Shown: positions 9,909 through 21,000, counted from the first letter of the stretch. The stretch: 64,000 nt of DNA from a bacterium (GCA_963675295.2 CAXXKJ010000002.1:3008001-3072000), one strand, 5' to 3'. Made by a program: numbers and translations. The notes: generated by a model not told the origin, from the sequence alone.

Positions 9909-10600
9909 GCGTTCACGAATTGACTGATCACCGACTCGAAGATCGCCCGTCCGTCATCGTGGACGATCAACGCGTCGCAGCGGCGTTCCGGGTGCGGCAT
10001 CATGCCAAGCACGTTCCCGCCTTCGTTAATGATACCGGCGATGTTGTTCACCGATCCGTTCGGGTTGGACGCTTCGTCCACCTCCCCGCTCAACGAACAG
10101 TAGCGGAAGAGGACGCCGTTACGGTCTTCAAGCCGTTTCAGCTCATCTTCGGCGAGGAAGTACGATCCTTCGTGGTGCGCGATCGGGATGCGCAGCACTT
10201 GGTTCGGCGTGCATGCGCTGGTGAAACGGGTGTCGGTGCGTTCAACACGGACCGGCTGGTCCTGGCAGATGAATCGCAGACTGTGGTTCTGCCGCAATGC
10301 GCCCGGCAGCAGACCGGATTCGGTCAGCATCTGGAAGCCGTTGCAGATGCCGATCACGATCCCGCCTTTGTTTGCAAAGGCGATGACCTCGTTCATCACC
10401 GGGCTGAAGCGTGCGATGGCACCGGAGCGGAGGTAGTCCCCGTAGGAGAATCCACCCGGCAGCAGGATACCGTCGACATCGCCGAGCTCGGTTTCCTTGT
10501 GCCAGATGAAGCGCACGTCCTGGCCGAACCCACGGCTTAGTACGTCATAGGCGTCACGGTCGCAATTGGAGCCGGGAAAGACAATCACACCCCACTTCAT
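9905..10600 (-). CDS. purQ: FGAM synthase glutaminase subunit
   Basis: [40 protein letters not shown]. Confidence 0.97.
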   Translation of the reverse strand: MKWGVIVFPGSNCDRDAYDVLSRGFGQDVRFIWHKETELGDVDGILLPGGFSYGDYLRSGAIARFSPVMNEVIAFANKGGIVIGICNGFQMLTESGLLPGALRQNHSLRFICQDQPVRVERTDTRFTSACTPNQVLRIPIAHHEGSYFLAEDELKRLEDRNGVLFRYCSLSGEVDEASNPNGSVNNIAGIINEGGNVLGMMPHPERRCDALIVHDDGRAIFESVISQFVNA

Positions 10601-10848
10601 GCGCTCTCCCCGGCGACATGGACCTTGAAGCCCTCAACGTTTTCGTTGGCCAGCAAGGTGTCCGCCATCTCTTCGGCACGCTTGATCGCGGTGGCTTCGT
10701 CCGTCTCGTTGACGTCGAGCACGATCCGTTTGCCAACGCGAACACCGTTCACTTCGTCATAGCCGAGCTGATGCAGAGCCTGCATCACGGCTTTGCCCTG
10801 CGGATCGAGGATGCCCTCTTTCGGCATGACTTCGACAATCACTTTCAT
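10597..10848 (-). CDS. purS: FGAM synthase PurS subunit
   Basis: [19 protein letters not shown]; overlaps the purQ start. Confidence 0.95.
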   Translation of the reverse strand: MKVIVEVMPKEGILDPQGKAVMQALHQLGYDEVNGVRVGKRIVLDVNETDEATAIKRAEEMADTLLANENVEGFKVHVAGESA

Positions 10849-10852
10849 GGTA

Positions 10853-11539
10853 TCACTCTCCGGGACGGTCAGAGTCCTCTTGCAGACGGTGGAATTTGTG
10901 CATCAGGGATGGCCCGAGGAAGGCGTACACGACCATCAATGACAGCGCCGCGAGACCGGGCGACAGGAAGAACAGGACGATATGCACACCCCAGATCAGG
11001 AATGTCAACGGCCGGGATAGTAACCCCAGCGACGGATGTGTCAGCTTGCCGTACGGCAATTTGCACACGGCCAGCGATGAGAACGCGGCGGCGGTCACGG
11101 GCGGAAGCCACGCAAGAAATCTGTGTTTCTGAGCCAGGGCACAGGACCCGGTCACCGCGATCGCGGTCGCCGGGGACGGCATGCCGGTGAACCAGCCCGG
11201 TCCTCCGCCACCGGAGGCAAACCGGAACAGCCGGAACAGAATTGATGCCGGGTACAGCCAGCCGAGGAACCGGTACGATTTCGCCTTGTTCAGGGACAGC
11301 AGCATGAATGCCGGTACGAGGCCGAAGCTGGTCATGTCGGCGGTGGAATCGAGCTCGCTGCCGCGCCGCCCGACGGAGCCGCTTCGGCGTGCCGCCCAAC
11401 CGTCGAGGACGTCCAGAATTCCGGCAACGATCATCGCGATCACCGCAGCGCCGGACTTTTTCTTGCGAAACAATGCCAGGCTGATCAGGCCGGAGCCAAC
11501 ATTGCCGAGGGTGAACCAGGTCGCGGTGTTGCGATTCAC
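10853..11539 (-). CDS. pssA: CDP-diacylglycerol--serine O-phosphatidyltransferase
   Basis: DVLDG..ARR....G.ELDS.AD..SFG..P and FTGMPSP; adjacent to psd. Confidence 0.88.
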   Translation of the reverse strand: MNRNTATWFTLGNVGSGLISLALFRKKKSGAAVIAMIVAGILDVLDGWAARRSGSVGRRGSELDSTADMTSFGLVPAFMLLSLNKAKSYRFLGWLYPASILFRLFRFASGGGGPGWFTGMPSPATAIAVTGSCALAQKHRFLAWLPPVTAAAFSSLAVCKLPYGKLTHPSLGLLSRPLTFLIWGVHIVLFFLSPGLAALSLMVVYAFLGPSLMHKFHRLQEDSDRPGE

Positions 11540-12204
11540 TGTGGATCACCCCCGTCTGGCGCGGACATTGGTGCGTCCCTGCCGCTGCCTTCCGCGACAA
11601 CGGTGACGCCTCCGAACACCTTCTCCCCCACGCCAACTTTCACCTTCATGCCCGGCGGGAGAATGATTTCGCTGCGTGAGCCGAAGCGCACGAATCCGAT
11701 CCGTTGACCGGCGAGGATCTCTTCGCCAAGCTCCAGCGGCAAGACGATGCGGCGCGCAATCATGCCGGAGATGGCGGAAAACTGCAGCGGCCCGTGCATC
11801 GTCATCATGTCGACAGTGACACGCTGGTTCACGTTTACCGATTCTTCTTTCGCCGCGGAGACAAACTTGCCGGGAATGAACTCGTAGCCGGTGATGATCC
11901 CGGTGGCGGGCGAACGCAACGCATGCACGTTCAGCAGCGAGAGGTAAACTTCGATTTTCACCCGACCGTCGTTCATCGGGATAATGTCGGTGATGACACC
12001 ATCCGAGACGGAAACGACGGTCTGCGGGTCGGGCTGTGGCCGTGCGGGATCGCGGAAAAAGTAGAGCATTGACATCCACAGCAACAAAAAGAGCCCGGCA
12101 GGTATGAACAGCCAGGCTTTCTTGCGCCAGATCCCGAAAAACGCGCTGCCGAGGAACAGCAGCATCGGGAGGATGACAAACCAGAATCCTTCCGCGGCAA
12201 TCAT
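11536..12204 (-). CDS. psd: Phosphatidylserine decarboxylase proenzyme
   Basis: FFRDP.R, NVH..RSP, GMIARRI, and the RFGSR self-cleavage motif. Confidence 0.92.
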   Translation of the reverse strand: MIAAEGFWFVILPMLLFLGSAFFGIWRKKAWLFIPAGLFLLLWMSMLYFFRDPARPQPDPQTVVSVSDGVITDIIPMNDGRVKIEVYLSLLNVHALRSPATGIITGYEFIPGKFVSAAKEESVNVNQRVTVDMMTMHGPLQFSAISGMIARRIVLPLELGEEILAGQRIGFVRFGSRSEIILPPGMKVKVGVGEKVFGGVTVVAEGSGRDAPMSAPDGGDPQ

Positions 12205-12214
12205 CGTCGTGAAC

Positions 12215-12922
12215 CTATGCTGAGACGATCCGTTCCAGCAATTCCTGGTAGACCTTGTCCACTCGCCCCATATCGTAGCGGAACCGGTCCTTGTCCATCT
12301 TCTTGTTGGTCTTGCGGTCCCAGATGCGGCAGGTGTCGGGGCTGACCTCGTCCGCGATCAGGATATTGCGATCATGCTTGCCGAACTCGAGCTTGAAGTC
12401 GACGAGCATCAGGCTGCGGCGGTCGAAGAATGATTTCAGGATCGCGTTGACCTTGGACGCGATGCGGCTGATCATCTTCATCTCTTCCGGCGTCGCGTGA
12501 CCCATCGCGTACGCGTGGTGTTCGTTGATCATCGGATCGCCGAGCCGGTCGCTCTTGAGGCGGTATTCGATGATCGGGTACTTGAGCGTGCTGCCTTCTT
12601 CGAGGTCATAGGTTTTCGCGAGGCTGGCGGTGGCGACATTACGCACCACGACCTCGATTGGAATCATCTCGAGCCGGCGCACCAACATCTCGTTGTCGCT
12701 CAGTTTGCGGGCGAAATGCGTGCCGACGTGGTAGTTCTCGAGGTACTGGAAGAGGTACGTGGACACCGAGTTGCAGAGCGCACCCTTTCCGTCGAAGCGG
12801 CCACGTTTCGTGCCATGGAAGGCGGTGAGCTCATCCTTGAACACCATGATGAGCTGATTGACGTCTTCGGTAATGAACAGCTGTTTGGCCTTACCTTCGT
12901 AGAGAAGATCCTTCCGTTCCAA
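12215..12922 (-). CDS. purC: SAICAR synthetase
   Basis: LYEGKAKQ, IPIEVVVRN, LVDFKLEFG, ADEVSPDTCRIWD, DKDRFR; TTG start after GGAGG. Confidence 0.97.
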   Translation of the reverse strand: MERKDLLYEGKAKQLFITEDVNQLIMVFKDELTAFHGTKRGRFDGKGALCNSVSTYLFQYLENYHVGTHFARKLSDNEMLVRRLEMIPIEVVVRNVATASLAKTYDLEEGSTLKYPIIEYRLKSDRLGDPMINEHHAYAMGHATPEEMKMISRIASKVNAILKSFFDRRSLMLVDFKLEFGKHDRNILIADEVSPDTCRIWDRKTNKKMDKDRFRYDMGRVDKVYQELLERIVSA

Positions 12923-12957
12923 CGTATATCCTCCCGTAAGGAACTTCGAAACCGGGT

Positions 12958-14256
12958 TTATTCGGCGAACCCGATCCGCTGATAGATGGTGTTGGTGTGG
13001 CGCAGGGCATGGTGCACATCGAATGCCTGTTCGACCTGTTCCGTCCCGATACGTTCCACCAGCTCGCTGTCGGCGAGCGCGGCCTCCTTGACCGATGCGC
13101 CGCGATCGACGGCGTCATGCGCAATGCGCTGCACCAATGCGTACCCCTCCTCCCGGGTCAGCCCGGAACGCACCAGTGCGAGCAATAAACCTTCTGAAAA
13201 AACTGCGCCGCGAGTCAGGTCGAGCACTTCCTGCACTCGTTCTTCATCAACGACGAGGTTCTTCACCAGCCGTGTGGTCAGGTTGAGCAGATAATCCAAC
13301 GCGATGGTTGAATCCGGCAGGATCACCCGTTCTACGGAACTGTGCGAGATGTCTCGTTCATGCCACAGTGCGATGTCGTCGAATGCGGCGTGCATGTTGG
13401 CTCGCAGCAACCGCGCCATCCCGCAGATCTTTTCCGCGTTGATCGGGTTCCGCTTGTGCGGCATCGCGGAAGAACCCTTCTGCCCCTTGGCGAATCCTTC
13501 GCGCGCTTCCCTGACCTCGGTCCGTTGCAAATGCCGTACTTCCAGCGCAATGGATTCTAAGATGGAGCCAATTAACGAAATAGCCGCGAGGAAGTCCGCA
13601 TGACGGTCTCTCGAGACGATCTGCGAAGAGATCGGAGCGGCATTCAAACCCAGCTCCGCCATGACTTCCAGCTCCATTTCGGGGTCGAGATGGACATACA
13701 TCCCGACCGCCCCGGACAATTTCCCGGTGCAAACCCAGTCATATCCTGACGCGAGCCGCTGCTTTGCGCGATCAAGCTGTTCGTGGAACCGGGCCCAGCG
13801 CAATCCGAACGATACTGGTTCGGCGTGAACCCCGTGCGTCCGTCCGATAGACGGCAAATCCTTGTACTCCAGCGCCTTTTCGCGCAACGCCTCAAGCAGC
13901 GGATCAACACCGTCGAGCAGGATTTTTCCCGCCGCCTTGAGCTGCAACGCCAGCGCAGTGTCAAGCATGTCCGACGACGTCATACCGAGATGCACCCAAC
14001 GCGATGCTGGACCGACGTGTTCCGCAACGGACGTCAGGAACGCGATCACGTCGTGATGCGTGGTGCGTTCGATCTCGTCGATTCGAGCGATGTCGTAGCC
14101 GGCCTTGGCGTGAATCGCGTCACGGTCCTCCTGCGGAATGATGCCGCGTTTGGTCCACGCGTTGACCACGGCCAACTCGACCTGCAACCACGAATCATAT
14201 TTGCCTTTATCCGTCCAGATCGCACCGATTTCCGGGCGAGTGTAGCGATCAATCAT
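12958..14256 (-). CDS. purB: Adenylosuccinate lyase
   Basis: MIDRY, HDVIAF, GRTHGVHAEP, GSSAMPHKRNP, HERDISHSSVER. Confidence 0.98.
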   Translation of the reverse strand: MIDRYTRPEIGAIWTDKGKYDSWLQVELAVVNAWTKRGIIPQEDRDAIHAKAGYDIARIDEIERTTHHDVIAFLTSVAEHVGPASRWVHLGMTSSDMLDTALALQLKAAGKILLDGVDPLLEALREKALEYKDLPSIGRTHGVHAEPVSFGLRWARFHEQLDRAKQRLASGYDWVCTGKLSGAVGMYVHLDPEMELEVMAELGLNAAPISSQIVSRDRHADFLAAISLIGSILESIALEVRHLQRTEVREAREGFAKGQKGSSAMPHKRNPINAEKICGMARLLRANMHAAFDDIALWHERDISHSSVERVILPDSTIALDYLLNLTTRLVKNLVVDEERVQEVLDLTRGAVFSEGLLLALVRSGLTREEGYALVQRIAHDAVDRGASVKEAALADSELVERIGTEQVEQAFDVHHALRHTNTIYQRIGFAE

Positions 14257-15494
14257 GACTGAGGAACCTCCACCAACTGCATGTGCACCACTTCGGAATC
14301 ACCGTCACGGAAAATCTCAAAGTCAAGCACGTCACCGACGCGCAGGTCGTGGTTCTTGAAGTACCGGTCCAACGAGCGGATGCTTGCGATTTTGACTCCG
14401 TTCACCGCCATGATGATGTCGCCTGGCAGCATCCCGGCCTTGTCCGCCGGGCCGTCCGGTTCGATGCTCATCACGATCACACCCGCCAGCGACGGATAAC
14501 GCAGGCTGTTCGCCACCGGCCAGTTGAGGTTGTCGATCACCATACCGGTCCAGACTTCGTCATCGATCTCCGCACGTGCACGGAGGTTATCGACAACGTG
14601 CAGCACCGTCGGCGCCGGAATAGCGAACCCGATGCCGATGGAACCGGTGGACCCGTCGCCGCCGGTGAAGATAAACGTATTCACCCCGATGACCACACCC
14701 TCAGTGTTGATCAACGGTCCGCCGGAATTGCCCGGGTTGATCGCGGCGTCGGTCTGGATCATGTCGGTATACTGGCGGCCATCTTCCTGGCGATTGAACG
14801 TGCGCCCCAGCGCGGAGACGACACCCACCGACACACTCGGCTGATCATTCACCTTAAACAGGCCGAACGGGTTACCGATCGACATCACCCACTCACCGAC
14901 GAGCAAATCTTCCTCGTCCGCCACTCGCAGCCACGGCAAATCCCTGCCACTGACTTTCAGCAGCGCGATGTCGGTGTCGTAGTCCGTGCCGAGTACCTCA
15001 GCGGCAAAGGTACGGCCATCATTCAATGCGACGATGATTGAGTCGGCGTCGTTGACCACGTGCTCGTTGGTAACGATGTAGCCGTCCGGGGCGATGATGA
15101 ACCCGGAGCCGTAGTTTTCGATCTGCCGCTCGTAGATCCTTTGCGGGAAGAACCGGAAAAAGCGCTGGTAGAACGGATCATCGGCCATCGGGCTGCGCTG
15201 CCTTACGGTCCGTGTCTTGGTCACGGTTATGCCGACAACGGCCGGCGAGGCATCACGAATCGCCTCAGTGATCTCCGTCCGGCGGCCGACCGCGTGGACT
15301 TCCGGCAGCTCCTGCGACAGGTGTTCGTCGCGGAGCGTATCCGGAAGCTCGATCTGCTGCGAGATTTCCTCGACGGCAGACGGCCCGCGTTCCCAGCGGG
15401 TGCGTTCGATCTCCATCCCCGTCCACATCAAGCCGACGGCGATCGCACCGAACACGAACCCGAAGAGAAACCAGCGCCAGACCTTACTCTTCAA
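14253..15494 (-). CDS. HtrA/DegP-family serine protease with one PDZ domain
   Basis: N-terminal transmembrane segment, GSGFII, TNEHVV, DIALLK, IQTDAAINPGNSGGPL, C-terminal PDZ. Confidence 0.93.
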   Translation of the reverse strand: MKSKVWRWFLFGFVFGAIAVGLMWTGMEIERTRWERGPSAVEEISQQIELPDTLRDEHLSQELPEVHAVGRRTEITEAIRDASPAVVGITVTKTRTVRQRSPMADDPFYQRFFRFFPQRIYERQIENYGSGFIIAPDGYIVTNEHVVNDADSIIVALNDGRTFAAEVLGTDYDTDIALLKVSGRDLPWLRVADEEDLLVGEWVMSIGNPFGLFKVNDQPSVSVGVVSALGRTFNRQEDGRQYTDMIQTDAAINPGNSGGPLINTEGVVIGVNTFIFTGGDGSTGSIGIGFAIPAPTVLHVVDNLRARAEIDDEVWTGMVIDNLNWPVANSLRYPSLAGVIVMSIEPDGPADKAGMLPGDIIMAVNGVKIASIRSLDRYFKNHDLRVGDVLDFEIFRDGDSEVVHMQLVEVPQS

Positions 15495-15498
15495 CCGT

Positions 15499-16149
15499 TT
15501 ACCCCTTCTGCGGCGTCTTCTTCGCGTCCGCGAGGAATTTTTCCAGACCGATGTCGGTCAACGGGTGCTTCATCAACTGCTTGATCACGCCGAACGGCAC
15601 GGTCGCCACATCCGCGCCCATGCGGGCGGATTCGACCAGGTGGATCGGGTTGCGAACGCTGGCGACGAGAACTTCGGTCTCGAACATGTAGTTCGCGTAA
15701 ATCTGGACGATCGTGTCGATGAGCTCCATCCCGTCCTGGCTGATGTCGTCCAGCCGTCCGACGAACGGGCTGATGTATGCCGCGCCGGCCTTTGCCGCGA
15801 GCATCGCCTGCATTGGCGAGAAGCACAGCGTGTTGTTCACCTTGATGCCCCGATCGGAAAGCGACTTGGTCGCCTTCAGGCCGTCCAGGATCAACGGAAT
15901 CTTTATCACGACGTTATCGCCGTATTTCATCAGCTCTTCGGCTTCCCGGATCATGCCGTCGTAATCGGTCGCGAGGACTTCCAGCGACACCGGACCGTCG
16001 ACCATCTCGACGATTTCCTGCGCGACCTCCTCGAAAGTGCGGCCGGTCTTGGCGACGAGGGACGGGTTGGTGGTGACGCCGTCCAGCACGCCCATGTCCT
16101 TCGCTTCCTGAATCTCTCGAATGTCCGCCGAATCGATGAACAGCTTCAT
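15499..16149 (-). CDS. tal: Transaldolase (MipB/TalC type)
   Basis: [38 protein letters not shown]. Confidence 0.92.
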   Translation of the reverse strand: MKLFIDSADIREIQEAKDMGVLDGVTTNPSLVAKTGRTFEEVAQEIVEMVDGPVSLEVLATDYDGMIREAEELMKYGDNVVIKIPLILDGLKATKSLSDRGIKVNNTLCFSPMQAMLAAKAGAAYISPFVGRLDDISQDGMELIDTIVQIYANYMFETEVLVASVRNPIHLVESARMGADVATVPFGVIKQLMKHPLTDIGLEKFLADAKKTPQKG

Positions 16150-16229
16150 CTGCTTCCTCAAGGCTAAGGTGGATCTGTCAGGTGAAAGTCTTTCCCGCCA
16201 TTCGGCGTCAGAAAGAGCTAAAATACATA

Positions 16230-17018
16230 TCAGGGTTGAGCAAGATAGCCGTCCCACAGAGAGGCCGGGGGGTGATCGAGACGGTCATCTTCGTCATATA
16301 CCACCCGCAACAAGGCCAGTCCCTGCGGTGGTGCCGGAGGCGGCACCCGCCCCTCTCCGGCGTTCAGCGCCGCGATCAGCGGCTCACGCTCCGCTGTCCC
16401 ATTCGCCAGCGCGACAATCGCCCCGGTCAGGGTACGCACCAGCCGCCGGATAAAGCGGTCGGCCTCGATGATCATCACCCAGCCGAACGCGTCTTCCCGC
16501 CACAGGATGCGCCGCACGTCGCAGATGGTACTCTCATCCGCCTCCGGGCTGGTCGCGTATGCCCGGAAATCGTGCTTGCCGAGAAACAACCTGGATGCGT
16601 CGTCCAGCTTCGCCGGATCGAACCGTGTGTCGACTGGCCAACCGTACCGTCTCAGGTACAGGTCCGGCGTTCTCAGCAGACGGTACGCGTAGGTCCGGCC
16701 GCGTGCGTCGAACCGGGCGTGGAAATCGTCCGCGACCGTCCGGGCCCGCCAGACGTGTACATCGTCCGGCAGCAGCGAATTCATCGCCTTGACGATGACC
16801 TTATCCTCCCGCTCGACCGGCGCGTCGTAATGAATCACCTGCATCACCGCGTGCACACCGGCGTCAGTGCGGCCGGATGCGTAGGTGCGTGTTTCCAGCC
16901 CGCCGTGGAACTGCGTCAGCGCGCTCTCGACCTCGCCCTGGATGGTGCGTCCGGACGGCTGTATCTGCCAGCCGAGGAAGTCGGTGCCATCGTAGGACAG
17001 GTTGAGACGAACGCGCAT
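16230..17018 (-). CDS. truA: tRNA pseudouridine(38-40) synthase
   Basis: [43 protein letters not shown]. Confidence 0.96.
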   Translation of the reverse strand: MRVRLNLSYDGTDFLGWQIQPSGRTIQGEVESALTQFHGGLETRTYASGRTDAGVHAVMQVIHYDAPVEREDKVIVKAMNSLLPDDVHVWRARTVADDFHARFDARGRTYAYRLLRTPDLYLRRYGWPVDTRFDPAKLDDASRLFLGKHDFRAYATSPEADESTICDVRRILWREDAFGWVMIIEADRFIRRLVRTLTGAIVALANGTAEREPLIAALNAGEGRVPPPAPPQGLALLRVVYDEDDRLDHPPASLWDGYLAQP

Positions 17019-17073
17019 CGGGCAGGGTGCTCCAGTTGCTGCGAATCACTGGGAAGATAACCGCAATCTCGAG

Positions 17074-17892
17074 TCAGGCAAATGCCGCGAGCACCCCCCA
17101 CAACGCCAGCGGCAACATTGACGCCAGCGTGATCATGGTATCCGCGCCGCGCCAGTCAGAGAGCCCGTACCGAGTTCGCACCGCTCGCGGATCATACCCA
17201 CGCAGGACCAGCGTTTCCGCGAGATCGTCCGCCCGGCGTAATGCATTCGCCAGCAACGGGATAAACAACGGAATCCACGCCTTCACCCGTGACAGTACAC
17301 CCTTGCCTGGATCCCAGCCACGCGCACGCAGGGCTTTGCGCAGTGTCAGCGCCTCTTCGTACAGCGTCGGCACGAATCGCAATGTCATCCCTAGTAGCAG
17401 GGAGAACGATCCGACCGGAATGTTCAGCCGTGCCAGCGGGGACAGCAGCACATCCATCGCGCGGATCGCTTCCAGCGCCGTAACCGCCAGCGACAAGGTG
17501 ACACCGAGCAGCACCAGTGCCGACAACCGTCCCGCGAGTAATCCACCGTTGATCAATCCTTCTCGGGTCAGGTTCCACTCCAAACCGGGGACAGTCCACA
17601 AAATGTGTCCGGGCGTGGTGAACGCGTGCAGCAGCAGCGTCAACCCCAGCATCCACGCAACCGCGACCAGTCCCAGCGCCAGGCGGGCCAATGGTGGTTT
17701 GCCGGCGTACACGAAGCCGCCGATGAACACCGCGACCAGCGCCAGCCCCCACCCAAGCGGCAGCATCACCGTCTGGATGATGAGCAGCAGACCCACGAGC
17801 AAACGGGCTCGCGGGTCGAAACGTTTCAGCGGAGCGGTCGCGTTGTCCCACGCGCCAGACTCTCCGGCCGATATGGCGGCAGCCTCACTCAC
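17074..17892 (-). CDS. ecfT: ECF transporter transmembrane component T
   Basis: DPRARLL, LRFVPTL.EE, ARG, PLFIPL, RRADDLAETL.LRGY. GTG start overlaps the upstream stop (GTGAGTGA). Confidence 0.85.
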   Translation of the reverse strand: MSEAAAISAGESGAWDNATAPLKRFDPRARLLVGLLLIIQTVMLPLGWGLALVAVFIGGFVYAGKPPLARLALGLVAVAWMLGLTLLLHAFTTPGHILWTVPGLEWNLTREGLINGGLLAGRLSALVLLGVTLSLAVTALEAIRAMDVLLSPLARLNIPVGSFSLLLGMTLRFVPTLYEEALTLRKALRARGWDPGKGVLSRVKAWIPLFIPLLANALRRADDLAETLVLRGYDPRAVRTRYGLSDWRGADTMITLASMLPLALWGVLAAFA

Positions 17893-20230
17893 GGACGACG
17901 GCAACCTTTCCCGTTTTGCTCGATCCGTCCGGACCGGTAACGACGATGTAGTAGACACCGCTGCCGACAAATTCGCCGTCTTCGTTGCGTCCATCCCAGC
18001 CTTCGGCGGAGGCCTCGGTGAAGTCGATGGTACGCACCAGCCGGCCGGATAGTGTGAAGAACCGGATGTCGGCGTCCGCCACCAGGCTTGTCGTGCCGAA
18101 ACGCAGACGGTCGGAAGATTTGCCGACCAGGAACGGTTGTGGCGCGACCTCGATATCGCCCAGTTCATCCGCGAAATCACGGTACGGTGTGGTGACGACG
18201 GACAGCCCGATGTTGGTGCCGACGTACATCTTGCCCGTTCTCGAGTCAATCGTCAGCGCGGTGATCTGGTTGTCCACCAACCCGCTCGGGTAGGCTCCTT
18301 CCTCGGTGGTATAGTGCTCGATCCAGGTGAAGCGGTCACGTCCGAGTACGCCGATGCCGAAATCGGTCCCGACCCAGATCTGGTCGAGTGGATCGATTTC
18401 CAGCGCGGTGATCGACTCACCCAGCGCGCCGTAGACCCTTGTGAAAACGATGTTGTCGGCAGGCAGGTTGGTATCGATGTAGAACAGCCCTTCCGGTGTG
18501 CCCAGCCACAGCAGCCCGTCCGCGCTCATCTTCATGTCATTGACATGATCGTAATCCGCACCATCGTTTGAGGAGTAGTACTTGAACTCGTCGTCCTCGG
18601 TGTGTTCCGGGGTGCCGTTCGGATTGAACATGATCAACGGATAGTCCGCCTCGGCACGCAAAGAAGCGATCCACAGCCGGCCCTGGCTGTCCATCTCGAT
18701 CACGCTGATATCGCTCGAGTACATTCCCTGCTGCGGTCCATACCGCACCCAGTCGTTCATGTCCCAGTTGTCCGGGCCCTGCACGAACCAGCGTTCCGGG
18801 ATGTAAACCAGCGTGCTGTCGTTGTAGGCGGCCATGTTCGCCACCCACAGCCCGCCGCTGGGATCCTTCTCAAATCCGTTAACGACCACATAGTTGTTCG
18901 GTGGCGTGCTCACCGGCGAGAACTCTGAGTTGGTCGCATCCAGCGCGATCAAGGTGTCGGATTCTTCCACCGACGGGCGGATGTAATAGACCCCATTACC
19001 CCAGGTGCCGATCCACGTTCCGCCGTAGGAATCGAAGTCGATCGCCGTCATTGCGGTTGACCGGCCCCACGCACCCTGCGGGTTGTTCGCTTCGGCGTAT
19101 GGATACCAGGTACCGTCTGAGAGGCGATAGACACCGCCAATTCGCGAGCTGCGTGCAGCCATCCAGACGTCACCACTGGGCGATGTGCCGAGCCTCAGCA
19201 CCTGATCGCCGCCGGGGGTGTTCGGCAGGTAATAGTCGAAATCGTTGCCGTCCCAATTGACCACTCCGCCGAAATATTCCAGATTGGTGTCCACAGCACC
19301 CCAGATTTGATCGTCGAATACGGCCAACGCCCAGAACTTGGCCGTATAATCTCCGTCAACCAGTCCGAAATCGCTGTTGCCCGGGGTTTTGCTGTAGAGA
19401 CCGTTCCCACGTCCAGCATAGAGGGTACCGTCCGGTTTCGCGGTCAAATCGAACACACTACGGGTGCTGGTGAAGGTGTCGAATGAGTTGCCGTTCCACT
19501 TGAACATGTCGCCGAGATAATAGCAGAAGTACAGTTCGCCCTGCACCACCTTGAGGAACTGCACGCCTTCCGTTTCAATGCCGGGCAGGATATCCTGATT
19601 TCCAAAAACCTCCCAGACATTCACGTCAAGCAGGTTCGCATCCAGGTCAGCTCTGGCGATTCCTCGGCTGCTGGCGACGAAAACGTCACCACAGTAGATG
19701 GCAATGTCGGTGATCTCAGTCGGACGTGACCAACTGGCAAATCCGCGGTAGGTTTCCAGCACCACCCACAAATCTTCCGTCTCGTATCGGTCGAGACGGG
19801 ACAGCCCCTGGCTGGTACCGACGAAGATGCGTCCGTTCGAGATGTGGATGTCATTGATACCTTCGACCGACTGGTCGTTGTAGAAGTCGCGCAAGGAAAA
19901 CACAACGTCCTTGTCAGCCGGGTCGAGAATGTCGATGCCGCCGTTGGTGTGCCCGATCCAGAGATAGCCAGTGGTGGAATCGTACTCGATGTCGGTGAGG
20001 AAGTTGGAAAACAGGCCGTCGTCGATGTTCAGCACCTCGAGCGCCTGCGTTTCCGGGTCAACATGCAGCAGTCCACCCTCGGACGCAGCCCAGATGTCGT
20101 CATTGGCAACGAGAATGTGTTCCGGTCGCCAACCAGAGGTGATCGTTTCCCAATCTTCTGCTTGGGCAGAGCTCACCAGCAAAAGAAGGACGGTAGCAAA
20201 CAGGACGACGAGAGAGAGATGAGATTTCAT
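17885..20230 (-). CDS. PorZ-like beta-propeller protein with a C-terminal T9SS/FlgD-like domain
   Basis: Signal peptide, EDW..ITS, repeated D..G.(L/I)W.GT..G blades, and terminal APQPF...G.LVR....WDGRNE.G..V.SGVY...K.AVVR. Confidence 0.7.
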   Translation of the reverse strand: MKSHLSLVVLFATVLLLLVSSAQAEDWETITSGWRPEHILVANDDIWAASEGGLLHVDPETQALEVLNIDDGLFSNFLTDIEYDSTTGYLWIGHTNGGIDILDPADKDVVFSLRDFYNDQSVEGINDIHISNGRIFVGTSQGLSRLDRYETEDLWVVLETYRGFASWSRPTEITDIAIYCGDVFVASSRGIARADLDANLLDVNVWEVFGNQDILPGIETEGVQFLKVVQGELYFCYYLGDMFKWNGNSFDTFTSTRSVFDLTAKPDGTLYAGRGNGLYSKTPGNSDFGLVDGDYTAKFWALAVFDDQIWGAVDTNLEYFGGVVNWDGNDFDYYLPNTPGGDQVLRLGTSPSGDVWMAARSSRIGGVYRLSDGTWYPYAEANNPQGAWGRSTAMTAIDFDSYGGTWIGTWGNGVYYIRPSVEESDTLIALDATNSEFSPVSTPPNNYVVVNGFEKDPSGGLWVANMAAYNDSTLVYIPERWFVQGPDNWDMNDWVRYGPQQGMYSSDISVIEMDSQGRLWIASLRAEADYPLIMFNPNGTPEHTEDDEFKYYSSNDGADYDHVNDMKMSADGLLWLGTPEGLFYIDTNLPADNIVFTRVYGALGESITALEIDPLDQIWVGTDFGIGVLGRDRFTWIEHYTTEEGAYPSGLVDNQITALTIDSRTGKMYVGTNIGLSVVTTPYRDFADELGDIEVAPQPFLVGKSSDRLRFGTTSLVADADIRFFTLSGRLVRTIDFTEASAEGWDGRNEDGEFVGSGVYYIVVTGPDGSSKTGKVAVVRE

Positions 20231-20300
20231 GCCGCGCAAGCTCCTCGCTGATGGTTCAACGTGAGTGTTCTGAGGATGCACCGGGCGGCCGTGGTACGAG

Positions 20301-20774
20301 TTACAGCTTCGCCAGTTTGCCGTACAGGTTCGCCATTTCGACGGCGGTCTGCGCGGCGTGGAAACCACGGTTGCCGGCCTTGGTGCCCGCGCGTTCGATC
20401 GCCTGTTCGATGGTTTCAGCGGTCAAGACGCCGAAGATCACCGGAACCTGGCCTTCCATCGCGGTTTGCGCCAGCCCTTTCGTCACCTCGGCGGCGACGA
20501 GATCGTAGTGCGACGTCGCACCGCGAATCAATGCGCCAATTCCAATGACGGCGTCCACCTTGCCACTCTTCGCGAGACGGCGGGCAACTCCCGGAATCTC
20601 GAACGATCCTGGAACCCAGGCGACGGTGACGTCATCCTCGGACCCACCCATGCGGCGAATGGCGTCCAACGCACCATCCAGCAGCTTGTTGGTGATGAAC
20701 TCGTTGAACCGGCTGACCACGATGCCGAAGCGTAAACCCTTGGCATCCAGTACACCCTCTATCACCTGCGGCAT
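20301..20774 (-). CDS. ribH: 6,7-dimethyl-8-ribityllumazine synthase
   Basis: [45 protein letters not shown]. Confidence 0.97.
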   Translation of the reverse strand: MPQVIEGVLDAKGLRFGIVVSRFNEFITNKLLDGALDAIRRMGGSEDDVTVAWVPGSFEIPGVARRLAKSGKVDAVIGIGALIRGATSHYDLVAAEVTKGLAQTAMEGQVPVIFGVLTAETIEQAIERAGTKAGNRGFHAAQTAVEMANLYGKLAKL

Positions 20775-20942
20775 GAACATTCTCCGTGATGTTCCCGAAC
20801 TCCGCCGGAGCGGAACGGTATCCTGGTTAACTTACACGTCTGAGCCCGCCATCCCAAACGGTTTGACGGAGCCATCCACCCTCTACCCTGCCTCTCGCAA
20901 CAAGTAAACCTCATTGCTCTGGACCTGCGGCTGCTGCGAAAT

Positions 20943-21000
20943 ACATGCCCTCGGGCTTCAGCCCGGGATAATCCGCGTTTGCAAGCAAACATGGGCACGT
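20943..21000. repeat. TGCCC-hairpin-GAT.ATCCGC-hairpin-GGGCAC structured repeat, copy A
   Basis: ACATGCCCTCGGGCTTCAGCCCGGGATAATCCGCGTTTGCAAGCAAACATGGGCACGT; matches 23810-23869. Confidence 0.75.

Noticed and set aside
17893-18249. N-terminal extension of ecfT in the ORF track
   Set aside because: It overlaps the porZ-like gene in another frame; GTG at 17892 gives a normal length with stop/start coupling.
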